Source: Candidatus Vogelbacteria bacterium
GTDB lineage: Bacteria > Patescibacteriota > Minisyncoccia > Phycocordibacterales > XYD1-FULL-46-19
Length of the DNA stretch: 64,000 nt
Assembly: GCA_016188295.1 (NCBI GenBank)
Contig: JACPIA010000004.1
Location: forward strand, 42,478-106,477
Reading direction: 5' to 3'
Shown: positions 9,201 through 19,689 of the stretch, piece by piece
How positions within the stretch are numbered: position 1 is the stretch's first letter
Layout: each line of letters opens with the position of its first letter
The notes under the pieces: model-generated
Told to the model about the DNA's origin: nothing
What the model saw: the letters and a program-made list of their open reading frames with translations, nothing else
Databases searched by the model: none
Translations under genes and position numbers: made by a program

Positions 9201-12114
9201 GTCCACTGCTAATAATACTTACGCTTCCCTTATTTCTGGTAATGCTGCCGAAGCTGGTATTTATCTTGGTGATCAAAATGATGTAGACATTGGCGGAATA
9301 ATTTATAACCACACTAATAATTATCTGGGTTTTCGTACTAATAATACTGCCGATCGACTGATTATTGATTCTAGTGGCAAGGTGGGGATCAATAAATCAG
9401 CTCCCGCTACCACTTTAGATGTGGTGGGGACGGCTAGTTCCACCGGTCTCCAAGTTAATGGGACAGGTAATATTCAAGGATCAGGGGATGCCAACCGTTT
9501 GACTATAGACTCGGCTTCTGGTAGTTCTGTTTTGAATATTATTAACTCCGGTCACGGCGAACATAGCGCGATTCAATTTACTCGTGAGCGATCCACTGGT
9601 CCGGGAATTGCCTCAGGCTTTATCCGCAGTCCCAGCAATACCGCTAACAACTTTGGTAAATTGGAATTGGGTGCGTTTACGTCTGGAACCTACGCGACCG
9701 CTTCTAGCTCGGTCGGCAGTCTTTTCCGGCTCAATAGCGATGCTTCAGCCTTATCCGGCGGTGCTTACGCGGAATTATTCCGTGCCAGTACCGCCGATTT
9801 AACGGAAAATTGGCTTAGTTTTAATATGCTCAATTCGGCTACGACGGAAACGACTTACTCCCAACTGCGGACGATTTTAACCGCTTCCACTACTGGCGAC
9901 GGTTCTCTGGCTTTCTTGACCAGAAAAGCCAATACCCTGACCGAAGCGATGCGGATTGATCACAACAGTCGTCTGGGAGTCGGTACTTCTACTCCTAACT
10001 GGTTATTGCAGGTGGCCGGGACGCGACCGTCGTTTGCGCTCTCGGATACGGCGGGTGGGACTAACCTTAAACACTGGCTCTTGTCTTCACAGGGAGGTAA
10101 TTTGTACATTGCTACTTCCTCGGATGCTCTGGCGACTAGCACCACGGCGGCTTTGACGGTCAGTGCTAATGGTTACTTGGGTATTGGTTCAACCACGCCC
10201 GCTTACGCTCTCTCGGTGACTGGCGGTTTGTTTGCTACTGCTTCCTCCACAATGATGAATGGGATCAATTTAACTGGCGGTTGCTTTGCTATTAGCGGAA
10301 CTTGTTTAGTCGGCGGTGGTAGCGGGACGGTCAATTCGGGAACGATTAACGGCTTGGCTTATTACACCGGATCGACAGCAGTCAGCTCGGCGGGGACTAA
10401 TCTCTTTTGGGACAATACTAACACTCGTTTGATGTTGGGGCATATTAATCGGGGAATCAATAATTTAACCGCTTCGACGACTTATATCGGTCAAGGATAT
10501 GATGGTACTGGCGCCGGTGATGCTGGTGGTAATACTTATATTTCTAATGGTGGTGATGCTACTGGTGCTGGTAATAGTGATGGTGGCGCTGGGGGGATTA
10601 TTACTATGGTTGCTGGTGGGCTCAAGACTGGGAGTGGCAGTGATGGCAATGATGGCATCGTCAATATCGGTAATAGCGCGGGCAGTAGAAATGCGATACT
10701 TAGTGTCTACGGCACTGCCACTACGACTGATGATTTGTGGGTTTTAGGTGGAGATATTAACTTGGCTCTCACGACGGCTTCGGCCCTGACGACTAATTTA
10801 TCTAATGGTAAAGATGTCGCTGGTGCTGCTGGTTTGGCCGGGACAGTTAATCTGGCAATCGGTGGTGAGGGTACTGGGGCTTCTGGTGATGGCGGTGCTG
10901 GCGGTACAGTCAATATCGCCAATGGCGGTATTGGTGATGGTGATGATGGCGGTAATGCTGGAACAGTTTATCTGGCTGTCGGTGGTGAAGGTGATACTGA
11001 TGCTGGAAATGTGGGTGGTGATGGCGGGACAGTCTTAATGGTTACAGGTGGTACAGGCAATACTAATGGCACAGCCGGTAAAGTGGGTATTGCCACTTCT
11101 ACTCCGTGGCGTACTTTGTCGGTAACCGGGTCAGTGGGATTTGATGGATTGACGACCAATACCGGTGCGGCCGCCGCTTCTCTTTGTTTATCATCTGCTA
11201 ATGAAGTAACCAAAAACACCGATAATGAGACCTGTCTGGCCTCCTCTTTGCGTTATAAAAATAATGTAACGGATTTAGCGACAGACACTGACCTCCTTGA
11301 TCAATTACGCACCGTCTCTTTTAATTATAAAAACGAATCTGATCCGCTAACCCATTACGGCCTAATCGCCGAGGAGGTGGCGGCTATTGATACGCGTCTT
11401 GTGAGTTATGATGATGAAGGTTTGGCTAATGGTATTCGCTGGTCCCACTTGACCACCCTGTTGATTAAACGAACCCAAGAGCAAGAGCAGAGGCTGGACG
11501 AATTATCTAGTTTGATTAGCGGTGGTGATATGTTAGCTAGACTGTGGACTTTAGATGAGACGACGGGAAACATCAAAGCGTTCGCGGTGCTCGATTTGAA
11601 TAATTTTGAACTTAGAAATGTCAAAGCGATCACCAGTGCTTCAGGTAAATGGAGTATTGATGATAATGGTAAATTAATTACGGAAGATATCGAGACTAAA
11701 CGTTTGTTAGTCGAAGAGGGTGTTACTACTCGCGACAAAGCCTCCGGCGATTATTATTGTATCTATGTGGAGAATGGAGTAGTTAAAACCGCCGCCGGTC
11801 GTTGTGAAGATTTGGAGGAAGAAGATAATGGGAATAATGATGACAGTGAGCCAGAGCCTGAAGAACCAGAAGAAGAACCGGAATTACCACCGACACTGGA
11901 GCCGGACGCTCCGGTGGATACTCCACCAACAGAAGAAGTACCTAACCCTGAGCCGGAACCAGAGCCCGAACCGGAACCAGACCAAGAGCCACAATCAACA
12001 CCTCTTGTCGAGGACTCGCCCCCAGATCCAATACCAGCTAATAATGAGGACTCTCCTCAAAATCCAATTCCCGAGGAGAGTCCTCAGAGTCCAGAACCCG
12101 AGCCTACTTCCTAA
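6212..12114 (+). CDS. large exported trimeric fibre/adhesin with peptidase S74 intramolecular chaperone; split in three frames (6212-7006, ~7000-8672, ~8666-12114)
   Basis: N-terminal TM/signal then 'INYQGKL...TVTNGLFSTMLG...EMTPR' domain; repeated 'GNVGIGTTSP' fibre motifs; S74 'SSLRYK...GLIAEEV...coiled coil' at ~11240-11520; acidic Pro/Glu tail. Two +1 frame breaks at the same repeated sequence. Confidence 0.75.
6860..7113 (+). repeat. 254-bp direct repeat, copy 1
   Basis: Identical by eye to 8526-8779 (offset 1666 nt); contains the frame break. Confidence 0.95.
8526..8779 (+). repeat. 254-bp direct repeat, copy 2
   Basis: Identical by eye to 6860-7113. Confidence 0.95.
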
Positions 12115-12322
12115 AGGACATGTCCTATAGAGACCTTTATAATTAGCCCTAGTTTAAGCTAAATGGGTTTTGGTTGGTTGTTGGCTAATTCAAGTCAGTT
12201 AAATTTATCTTGACTTTATTGACTTAGTGTAATAGTAATAATCTGAATATAGCTCTTTTTTGACATAGCTCTTTTTGGGAAGTTTGCCTTTTTATTGATT
12301 AGTTAAAGGATTTTCTAAAAAG

Positions 12323-13822
12323 ATGCTGGCAAAATCAGCTAATTTTACTCTCACCAATAAAACCCTAACTTTAGGGTTAATTGTCGTGTTGGCTGGTGTC
12401 TTGACTTGGTCGTTAGTTTGGCCGGTCGTAGTTCAAGCGGCGGAATTGACCGCCGAGGAAAATACCTTTACTACTACGGCGCTACCACCAGTCGATGATC
12501 CTGATGATTCTCCTGATTCAGTGGAATTGGTCGATACGGAAAACACTTTTAGCACTCAAGCTGAAGGTGGCGAGCCGGCTGAGTCAACTGTTGGCGGGGA
12601 AAATTCTTTCACCACCGCTCAAGTATTGATTGTTTTGCCGGCGGTGGGTATTGAGAGATCATTCACCACTACTAACGCCAACGCCCCGTCAGCGTTTGTT
12701 ATCAGCGCTGAATCGTCATTTACTACCACGAGCACTACTAGCGGCAACGGGACTAAAGAAATTATCTCGGCTGAACAGTCATTTACTACTAGTGTTGATG
12801 GCGGTGGCGGAGGCGAGACTGAAGAGGTGGTCTCTGGCGAGTCGAGCTTTACCACCACTAATAACGGTGGAACCGCGACTAATCGAGTAATTTCGACGGA
12901 GCAGAATTTTACCACTTCATCTGGTGATAATGATGATGATACGGACGATGACACTGATAATGGTGGTGGCGGTGGTGGTCATCGACGGCGTCCGCCAGTC
13001 GAATTGCCGGCCCAATGTTCGCCGTATCTGCTTAAATTTATAAAATGGGGGGCTAATAATGATCCACTAGAGGTCCGCAAATTACAGTATTTTTTGCGCG
13101 ACTTTGAGGGTTTTACTGATATCCAAGTAACCGGTATTTATGATCGAGCTACTTACGAGGCGGTAACTATTTTCCAAAAACGTTATATTAACGATGTGCT
13201 CTCGCCGTGGGGTATCATTGACTCGACGGGTTATGTATACATTACGACCACTTTAAAAATAAATTACATCGTCTGCGGTATTGAGCGACCGATCGCTTTA
13301 GATCTCCGCGAGCGTTATCGAGTTGCTTTAGAGCGCGGTGGCGAATTTAATCTTGATGAATTAGTAGCTACTACTACCACATCAACCACTACCGCCCCGG
13401 TTAAGGCTGGATTTCTCCAAGCGGCCGCTGTGGCTTTGCTTGATTTTGCCAAGTGGCTAAATTGGTGTTACTTGTTGTCGCTGTTACTTTTAATCGTCAG
13501 TGTTATCCTGATGCTGTTGTGGCGAGAAACTAGGCGTGAGCGCGATAAGGCGCGAAGGGAAAAAGAGTTAGCTCAAGCCTTATTGACGGCGGTCACGCGT
13601 GATCATACCGATACCGCTAATGATGCGATGCCGATGTCTGAGGCTTTATTATCCTCCAGTCTGTTCCATCCCGCTCCGCTTGATGAGGAGGAACCGGAAT
13701 TGCCTCTTGAATCATCTATAGAGGCAGAACCAGTTTTGGATGAGAATTTGGATGAAGCGGTGGCCGAGTGGCAGGAGATACCGGAGTCTGAAGCCGTCGA
13801 CGACAAATTGACAAGCAACTAA
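12323..13822 (+). CDS. exported repeat protein with 8 ExSFTT strands, peptidoglycan-binding-like domain and C-terminal TM anchor
   Basis: Signal peptide ending VQA; 8 repeats; 'EVRKLQYFL...VTGIYDRATYEAVTIFQKRY' resembles PG_binding_1; TM helix, then an acidic tail. Confidence 0.75.
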   Translation: MLAKSANFTLTNKTLTLGLIVVLAGVLTWSLVWPVVVQAAELTAEENTFTTTALPPVDDPDDSPDSVELVDTENTFSTQAEGGEPAESTVGGENSFTTAQVLIVLPAVGIERSFTTTNANAPSAFVISAESSFTTTSTTSGNGTKEIISAEQSFTTSVDGGGGGETEEVVSGESSFTTTNNGGTATNRVISTEQNFTTSSGDNDDDTDDDTDNGGGGGGHRRRPPVELPAQCSPYLLKFIKWGANNDPLEVRKLQYFLRDFEGFTDIQVTGIYDRATYEAVTIFQKRYINDVLSPWGIIDSTGYVYITTTLKINYIVCGIERPIALDLRERYRVALERGGEFNLDELVATTTTSTTTAPVKAGFLQAAAVALLDFAKWLNWCYLLSLLLLIVSVILMLLWRETRRERDKARREKELAQALLTAVTRDHTDTANDAMPMSEALLSSSLFHPAPLDEEEPELPLESSIEAEPVLDENLDEAVAEWQEIPESEAVDDKLTSN

Positions 13823-13950
13823 AGGTCTGGTAGTAATCAAATCAGGAGGACTCAAAACAAAGTATTGCTTTGACTTTTGAGAGCCAACATTTCTGCACCC
13901 TGTCGGCGTGGAGATGTAGTGAGAACTTTGTAAACAGAAGGAGAGATGAG

Positions 13951-15582
13951 ATGAAGATGCGATTGGTATTACCAGCACTGGTCGCTCTGGCTAGTGTACT
14001 GGTCGGGTGTCCGGATGATCGGATTATCACTATTACTTGGAACGGTGATCCGATTACGGTTGGTCCACAATTGGGCGGCACCGGCGGTGTTATTGAGGTG
14101 AATGGTGTGACGATTGAATCGGCCGTGGCCGATTACACCTTCACTCACCCCGCTCTGGCGGGAGTGATCGGTCATATCGATTTGGCTACCGGCACTCCGT
14201 CGGTTGACGCAGTGCCGACTGATAAAAGTGGCGACGTGATCGCTATTGCCCTTATCACCATTGGCGCTTTTATCGATCTGGCGGGCGAGCAACATGTTTT
14301 CCCATATTTCGACAATAACGCCACTAGTGGCGCGGTATTCGTGCCGTTTGGTCCGGGCCTTGAGACGGCTGTTGTAAAACTGGGTCTTAGCGACAGTAGT
14401 GAGCGGCTTATTGTTTTGGTGGCCGCCGCCGAAGATCAGTTTGACAGCGATGGTGACGGTTTGCCGGATGGATGGGAAAATTGTGCTGGACTCAACGCCA
14501 ACAGTCCAACACCACCCAATGGCAACGCCAGCGATCCTGACGGCGATGGCTTAACTAACTGGGTTGAATTTATCCATTGGTCTCGTCCGATCGAATGGCT
14601 AAGTTGTAGTGATGGGCCGATTGGGCCTAATCCGCTCGATGCGGATTCGGATGATGACGGTTTCGATGATGGCGAAGAAGTGGATGAGGGGACGGATCCG
14701 ACGGATCCGGATGATTATCCCATCACGCCGCCAGACCTGGTAGTAGAATTATCATTTACTCAGACCAATCCGAGTGATTCAGCTATACGAGTAAATGAGA
14801 ATTTGATTTTTACGGCCACAGTAACTGGAGCCGTATCGGATCAGGAACTGGACTTTGACTGGTCGGTTGATGAACAGATTGTGCCATCAACGGGTGCAGT
14901 GTTGATTACTAGTTTCAATATCGCTGGCGATCACTCGGTAACGGTAACCGTCACCGATGGTCTCCAACGATCGGTTACGGACACTCGATCATTTGAGGTG
15001 ATGAATAGTGTTTCTGATAATTTTCAGGTGCACTTATTAATCAGCCCAATCAGGAGTGTCTATGTGGTTGGCGACAGGGTTCAGATTACCGCTACTCCAT
15101 CTAATGCCGTTGGTAGTGTCAGTTACCGTTGGTTCCTTAATGGGACTGAACTGACTGGATTGAATAGCTCTAATCCGATCCTGTCTTGGGTTTTCGTTAA
15201 CGCAAACCCACAAGATAAAGTCTTTAAAGTAATAGCGAAAGATGCTTCGGACTTGGTAGCTGAAGCAAATCTAGTTGTTACTGTGAGAATTAAGGTGCCG
15301 GCGACAATTAGGATCACCTCGCCGATTCCGGTGGGATCAAGTAATCCTACTTTCAATCCCGGCGAAACAATTGAGTTAAGTGCTGAGGTTGGAGGGGATA
15401 TACCACCAGATGCTTTTGTGAACTGGTTTACACCATGGGCTACTCACCCATCGGGTTTGGATACTAGTGTGGTAGTTCCTAATCTATTAGGTTCGAACTA
15501 CCTCTACGTCTTTTTGCGGTCAGCGGATAATACCATTTTGGCTTCGGATAGGGTCTGGATCCAAATTGATCCGGCTGATTAA
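13951..15582 (+). CDS. putative lipoprotein with Ca-binding Asp-rich (DxDGDG) repeats and PKD/Ig-like domains
   Basis: SD AAGGAG at 13938-43; lipobox LVG-C; DSDGDGLPDGWE, DPDGDGLTNWVE, DSDDDGFDDGEE; three Ig-like repeats. Confidence 0.7.
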   Translation: MKMRLVLPALVALASVLVGCPDDRIITITWNGDPITVGPQLGGTGGVIEVNGVTIESAVADYTFTHPALAGVIGHIDLATGTPSVDAVPTDKSGDVIAIALITIGAFIDLAGEQHVFPYFDNNATSGAVFVPFGPGLETAVVKLGLSDSSERLIVLVAAAEDQFDSDGDGLPDGWENCAGLNANSPTPPNGNASDPDGDGLTNWVEFIHWSRPIEWLSCSDGPIGPNPLDADSDDDGFDDGEEVDEGTDPTDPDDYPITPPDLVVELSFTQTNPSDSAIRVNENLIFTATVTGAVSDQELDFDWSVDEQIVPSTGAVLITSFNIAGDHSVTVTVTDGLQRSVTDTRSFEVMNSVSDNFQVHLLISPIRSVYVVGDRVQITATPSNAVGSVSYRWFLNGTELTGLNSSNPILSWVFVNANPQDKVFKVIAKDASDLVAEANLVVTVRIKVPATIRITSPIPVGSSNPTFNPGETIELSAEVGGDIPPDAFVNWFTPWATHPSGLDTSVVVPNLLGSNYLYVFLRSADNTILASDRVWIQIDPAD

Positions 15583-15602
15583 ATTGCTTCCTCACCACCT
15601 CC

Positions 15603-15668
15603 TCGACCAGCTCCGGATGGATGCTGGTCGAACCCCGGTTTTGTCTCAATGACAGGCCGGGGTTTTTC
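15603..15668 (+). terminator. hairpin plus intrinsic terminator
   Basis: tcgaccagc..gctggtcga, then aaccccggt..gccggggtt followed by a T-run. Confidence 0.65.
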
Positions 15669-15773
15669 TTGCATTATTTTGAGAGGTGTGGTAGTAATAT
15701 GGCAACTTATTGAAGGGTGTCATTATTCGTAAATAAGCCTTATTTTACAAGCTAAATTATCAAATAAATCATT

Positions 15774-16397
15774 ATGTTCAATAAATTTGCTCAAATACTT
15801 ACTTTTAGTCTAGTTTTGGCTATCGTGGTTAGTTCGGTAGTACCGGTTGGGGTTTTGGCTCAAACTGCTCTAGTTGCTAATATCACTGCGCCAGCCAACA
15901 ATAGCACTGTTACCGTTGGTCAGGTAGTTAATTTTACAGCTACAGCATCAGGCGGTACTAGCCCTTACGCTTTTGTGTGGGATTTTGGTGCCGGCTTAAC
16001 TGGTAGTATTAGTCAAAATCCAAGCCAGACTTTTACTACTGCCGGCGCACGGACTATTACTCTAGTCGTAACTGATATTAATGATGTGTCAGTTACCCAA
16101 ACCATCAATCTTACAGTTGCTGATACTAGTAATCCAACCTTAGCGATCTCTAATATCCGGATTGAGAATGTCACTACTTCGGGGGCGACTCTTAAATGGA
16201 CCACCAACTTGCCGTCCACTAGTCGGGTAATTTATGACACCCAGTCTCACTCTACTTTGGGTACTGCCCCTAATTATGATTATGCTAATTCAACCGCTAC
16301 TTCGGATACCGCCACTAAGGTTACTGAACACACTGTCACTCTTTCGGGTTTGAGTGCTAACACCCAATATTTTTTCCGAGTTATTTCCGAAGAGTAA
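15774..16397 (+). CDS. secreted PKD + Fn3-like (purple acid phosphatase N-terminal type) protein lacking the last Fn3 strand
   Basis: Signal peptide ending VLA; PKD 'VNFTATASGG..PY.F.WDFG'; Fn3 'ATLKWTT...HTVTLSGLSANTQYFFRVISEE*'. Confidence 0.8.
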   Translation: MFNKFAQILTFSLVLAIVVSSVVPVGVLAQTALVANITAPANNSTVTVGQVVNFTATASGGTSPYAFVWDFGAGLTGSISQNPSQTFTTAGARTITLVVTDINDVSVTQTINLTVADTSNPTLAISNIRIENVTTSGATLKWTTNLPSTSRVIYDTQSHSTLGTAPNYDYANSTATSDTATKVTEHTVTLSGLSANTQYFFRVISEE

Positions 16398-16417
16398 GTT
16401 AGATATTACTGACGATT

Positions 16418-16448
16418 ACAAAACCCCTCGCCGAGCGAGGGGTTTTGT
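16418..16448. terminator. intrinsic terminator
   Basis: acaaaacccctcgc cga gcgaggggttttgt. Confidence 0.8.
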
Positions 16449-16464
16449 TGTACTATAAAAGCTT

Positions 16465-17838
16465 ATGAAGGCGACTATTGGTCTCGAGATTCATACTGAG
16501 CTTAAGACGGTCACTAAGATGTTTTGCCGGTCCAAAAATGATCCGGATGAAAAGCGGCCTAATGTCAATATTTGCCCGATCTGTCTGGCTCACCCCGGCA
16601 CTTTGCCGGTGATCAATCAGGAGGCGGTCAAGCATGTATTGCGTGTCGGTTTAGCGGTTGGTGGACAATTGGCTGATTACACCGAGTTTGATCGCAAAAA
16701 TTATTTTTATCCGGACATTCCCAAGGGTTATCAGATTAGTCAATACCGATATCCGCTTGTTACGGGAGGTTCACTTAAAGGAATTACTTTAACGCGCATT
16801 CATTTAGAGGAGGACACGGCGCGTTCTCAACATGATGCTAAAAGTGGTAGTAGTTTAGTCGATTATAATCGGGCAGGGGTGCCGTTGATGGAGTTGGTTA
16901 CTGAGCCGGTAGTAGAGAGCGCAGCCGAAGCTGGTGCTTTTGCCCGCGAGTGGCAACTTTTATTACGCACCTTAGGAGTTAGTGAGGCTAATATGGAAAA
17001 GGGTGAAATGCGCGTGGAGGCCAATATTTCCCTCGATATGGGTACTAAAGTGGAAGTTAAAAATTTAAACTCCTTTCGCTCAGTGGAACAGGCGATAGGT
17101 TTTGAACTAAAGCGACAAAAAGAAGTTTTAGAAAAAAGGGAAAAAGTGGTCCAAGAGACCCGCGGTTGGGACGAGGTTAAAGGGGTTACCTTTAGTCAGC
17201 GACTTAAAGAGTCGTCACATGATTATCGTTATTTTCCCGATCCTGATTTGCCTAAATTGCGCCTTGGTCAGATTGCCGAGTTTGCTAACTTACAACAAAC
17301 TTTACCAGAGTTACCAGTCGCTAAACGGACCCGTTTAACTAGTTTAGGTCTTAAGCCTGAAGACGTGGAGTTGCTAGTCAGTGATCTAATATTAGGCCTC
17401 TGGTTTGACGAGGTAGTTAAAAATTTATCTCAAGAAGATTCAGTTTTAACGGCGATTAATTACACCACCTCTGATTTGCAGAGTGCTCTCAAGACGGGAG
17501 CTAAATTACCAGAGCCGGCTCACTTTGCTGAGTTGATTAGTCTGATAGTTGGGGGAGAGGTGTCTTCTCGTGGCGCTAAAGATATTTTGGCGGTAATGCT
17601 AACTGATGGGGGTGCACCTCGCGCCATTGCCCAAGCTAAAAACCTATTCCAATCAAGCGATACTGATACCTTGGCTAAAATTATTGAGCAGGTGATTGCT
17701 GATAATGCCACCGTGTTTTCCGATTTTAAATCCGGTAATGATAAAGTATTGCAATTTTTAGTTGGTCAGGGAATGAAGATTAGTGGCGGTAGTGCGAATC
17801 CCCAGCTCTTAATGGATTTATTTAAAGCACGAAGGTAA
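16465..17838 (+). CDS. gatB: Asp/Glu-tRNA amidotransferase subunit B
   Basis: IGLEIHTEL.T.TKMFC, FDRKNYFYPD, RIHLEED, YRYFPDPDLP. Confidence 0.98.
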   Translation: MKATIGLEIHTELKTVTKMFCRSKNDPDEKRPNVNICPICLAHPGTLPVINQEAVKHVLRVGLAVGGQLADYTEFDRKNYFYPDIPKGYQISQYRYPLVTGGSLKGITLTRIHLEEDTARSQHDAKSGSSLVDYNRAGVPLMELVTEPVVESAAEAGAFAREWQLLLRTLGVSEANMEKGEMRVEANISLDMGTKVEVKNLNSFRSVEQAIGFELKRQKEVLEKREKVVQETRGWDEVKGVTFSQRLKESSHDYRYFPDPDLPKLRLGQIAEFANLQQTLPELPVAKRTRLTSLGLKPEDVELLVSDLILGLWFDEVVKNLSQEDSVLTAINYTTSDLQSALKTGAKLPEPAHFAELISLIVGGEVSSRGAKDILAVMLTDGGAPRAIAQAKNLFQSSDTDTLAKIIEQVIADNATVFSDFKSGNDKVLQFLVGQGMKISGGSANPQLLMDLFKARR

Positions 17839-17868
17839 CTTAATCTACAAATTACAACACATCTTTAC

Positions 17869-18614
17869 CAAAACCAAACATTGAATGTTTAGTTTTGAAA
17901 TGGAAGAACTATTTCTAATTCTTTTATTTTTGCACTACTAGTCTTTACTTCATTTTCGTATTCTTTTTGGTCTGCAAATTGACTCAAGATTAATTCGGTG
18001 TCCAGTAGATTATTCCACCGATTGGTGTCTATATAATCTTGGTAACTAGACCATGGGTATGATTTTTCTTTATTTATCCATTTAGGGTTATCACGGCAAT
18101 TACGGTGAATGTATGTTGAGGCATAAAGTAATTGATCGTTATCTTTGATGCGTACTGATTGGAATCGATTTTGGAATAAGTGACCACTTCCTTTGTATTT
18201 AGTATTAAAATATTTAGTGTAACTATTAGATATTCTCTGCATGTATTTTGATATTCCTCTATCCTCTATTTCCTCGACTAATAAATGGAAATGATTGGGC
18301 AAAAGAGCAAAAGCTTGCAATTTGACTGTCCTTCTATTAAGAATTTTATTATGTTTGTCTTTATCAAAACCAAACATTGAATGTTTGGTGTAGTGGGTAA
18401 TATGGTCACTAATATTGTTAATTGTCTCCGGTGATTGAAAGTAGAGAATCAAGAATAAAAATCTAACCCAATCTCTATTATCGAGAAAAATATCACGTTT
18501 CATTACTCCACGATTGTAGATATGGAATATCTCACTCACAACTAAGTCATCTTTGGGCATCATCATTTATTATATTATCTTTAGAATAAAAACCAAACAT
18601 TCAATGTTTGGTTT
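17869..18614 (-). mobile_element. REP-associated tyrosine transposase (RAYT/Y1 HUH) with cognate palindromes; CDS 17889-18566
   Basis: HIYNRG, PNHFHLL (HUH), YIHRN (catalytic Tyr), YPWSSY; AT-rich. Palindrome CCAAACATT(G/C)AATGTTT(G/A)G at 17869-97, 18369-89 and 18590-614. Confidence 0.88.
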
Positions 18615-18663
18615 GAGGGTAGTTTGGTTACTTTATTAAATAAAATTTGGTATCATTATATTA

Positions 18664-19686
18664 ATGAGTATTGTCAGAGTCTCGATAAATGGACTAGGAC
18701 GCATTGGTCGCGCGTTTTTAAAGTTGGCAATTATCAATCCAGACCTTGAGGTGGTGGCGGTTAATGATTTGGCGACGCTAGAAAATTTAGCCTACCTTCT
18801 TAAATATGACAGCGCTTACGGTCACAGTGGTTTAGAAGTGGTGGTTGGTGATGGCGCTTTAATAATTAACGGTAAAAGTATTAAAGTGTTGAGTGAAAAA
18901 GATCCGGCTAAATTACCCTGGCAAAATTTAAAGGTTGACGTAGTGGTCGAGTCCACTGGTATTTTTGAGGAGTATACTAAAGCTAAAGCCCACTTGGATG
19001 CCGGGGCGCGTAAAGTGGTTATTACCGCTCCGGCTAAAGGGGAATCGGTAGCTGGGGTCCAAAGTGGTACAGTGTTAATGGGTATTAATGAGGCTAACTT
19101 AGCGACTTGCCAGATTAGTTCTAATGGCTCTTGTACCACCAATTCGGCCAGTCCCTTAATCCAAATTTTAGATGAAGCGATTGGGATTGATAAGGCTATT
19201 TTAAACACTGTTCATGGTTATACTGCCAGTCAAAGATTAGTCGATGGCCCGGATGTCAAAGATTTCCGCCGCGGCCGAGCCGCGGCGGTCAATATCGTTC
19301 CCTCTACCACCGGGGCGGCTATCGCCGTGACCGAGGCCATTACTCAATTAGCAGGTAAATTTGATGGGGTAGCGATCCGGGTACCGGTAGTCACTGGCTC
19401 AATTGTCGATGTTACCTTTATTACTAAACGGCCAACTACCGTGGTTGAGATTAATAATGCTTTACAGCAAGCGGCTAGCGCCCCACGTTGGCAAAAGTGG
19501 TTTGCGGTGACCAATGAACCACTCGTTTCTTCCGACATTGTGGGCAATCCCTACGCCTCATTAGTTGATTTAAATTTAACTAGAGTGGTGGGGGGAAATT
19601 TAGTTAAAGTGTTGGCCTGGTATGATAATGAACTGGGGTACACCCACACTCTCATTGATCACGTCATCAAAACCGGCCAAATTTAA
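18664..19686 (+). CDS. gap: type I glyceraldehyde-3-phosphate dehydrogenase
   Basis: INGLGRIGR, SNGSCTTN, AWYDNE. Confidence 0.98.
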   Translation: MSIVRVSINGLGRIGRAFLKLAIINPDLEVVAVNDLATLENLAYLLKYDSAYGHSGLEVVVGDGALIINGKSIKVLSEKDPAKLPWQNLKVDVVVESTGIFEEYTKAKAHLDAGARKVVITAPAKGESVAGVQSGTVLMGINEANLATCQISSNGSCTTNSASPLIQILDEAIGIDKAILNTVHGYTASQRLVDGPDVKDFRRGRAAAVNIVPSTTGAAIAVTEAITQLAGKFDGVAIRVPVVTGSIVDVTFITKRPTTVVEINNALQQAASAPRWQKWFAVTNEPLVSSDIVGNPYASLVDLNLTRVVGGNLVKVLAWYDNELGYTHTLIDHVIKTGQI

Positions 19687-19689
19687 ATA

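Noticed and set aside
12249-12276. ATAGCTCTTTTT tandem repeat as boxA/operator
   Set aside because: Only two short low-complexity copies; not enough support.
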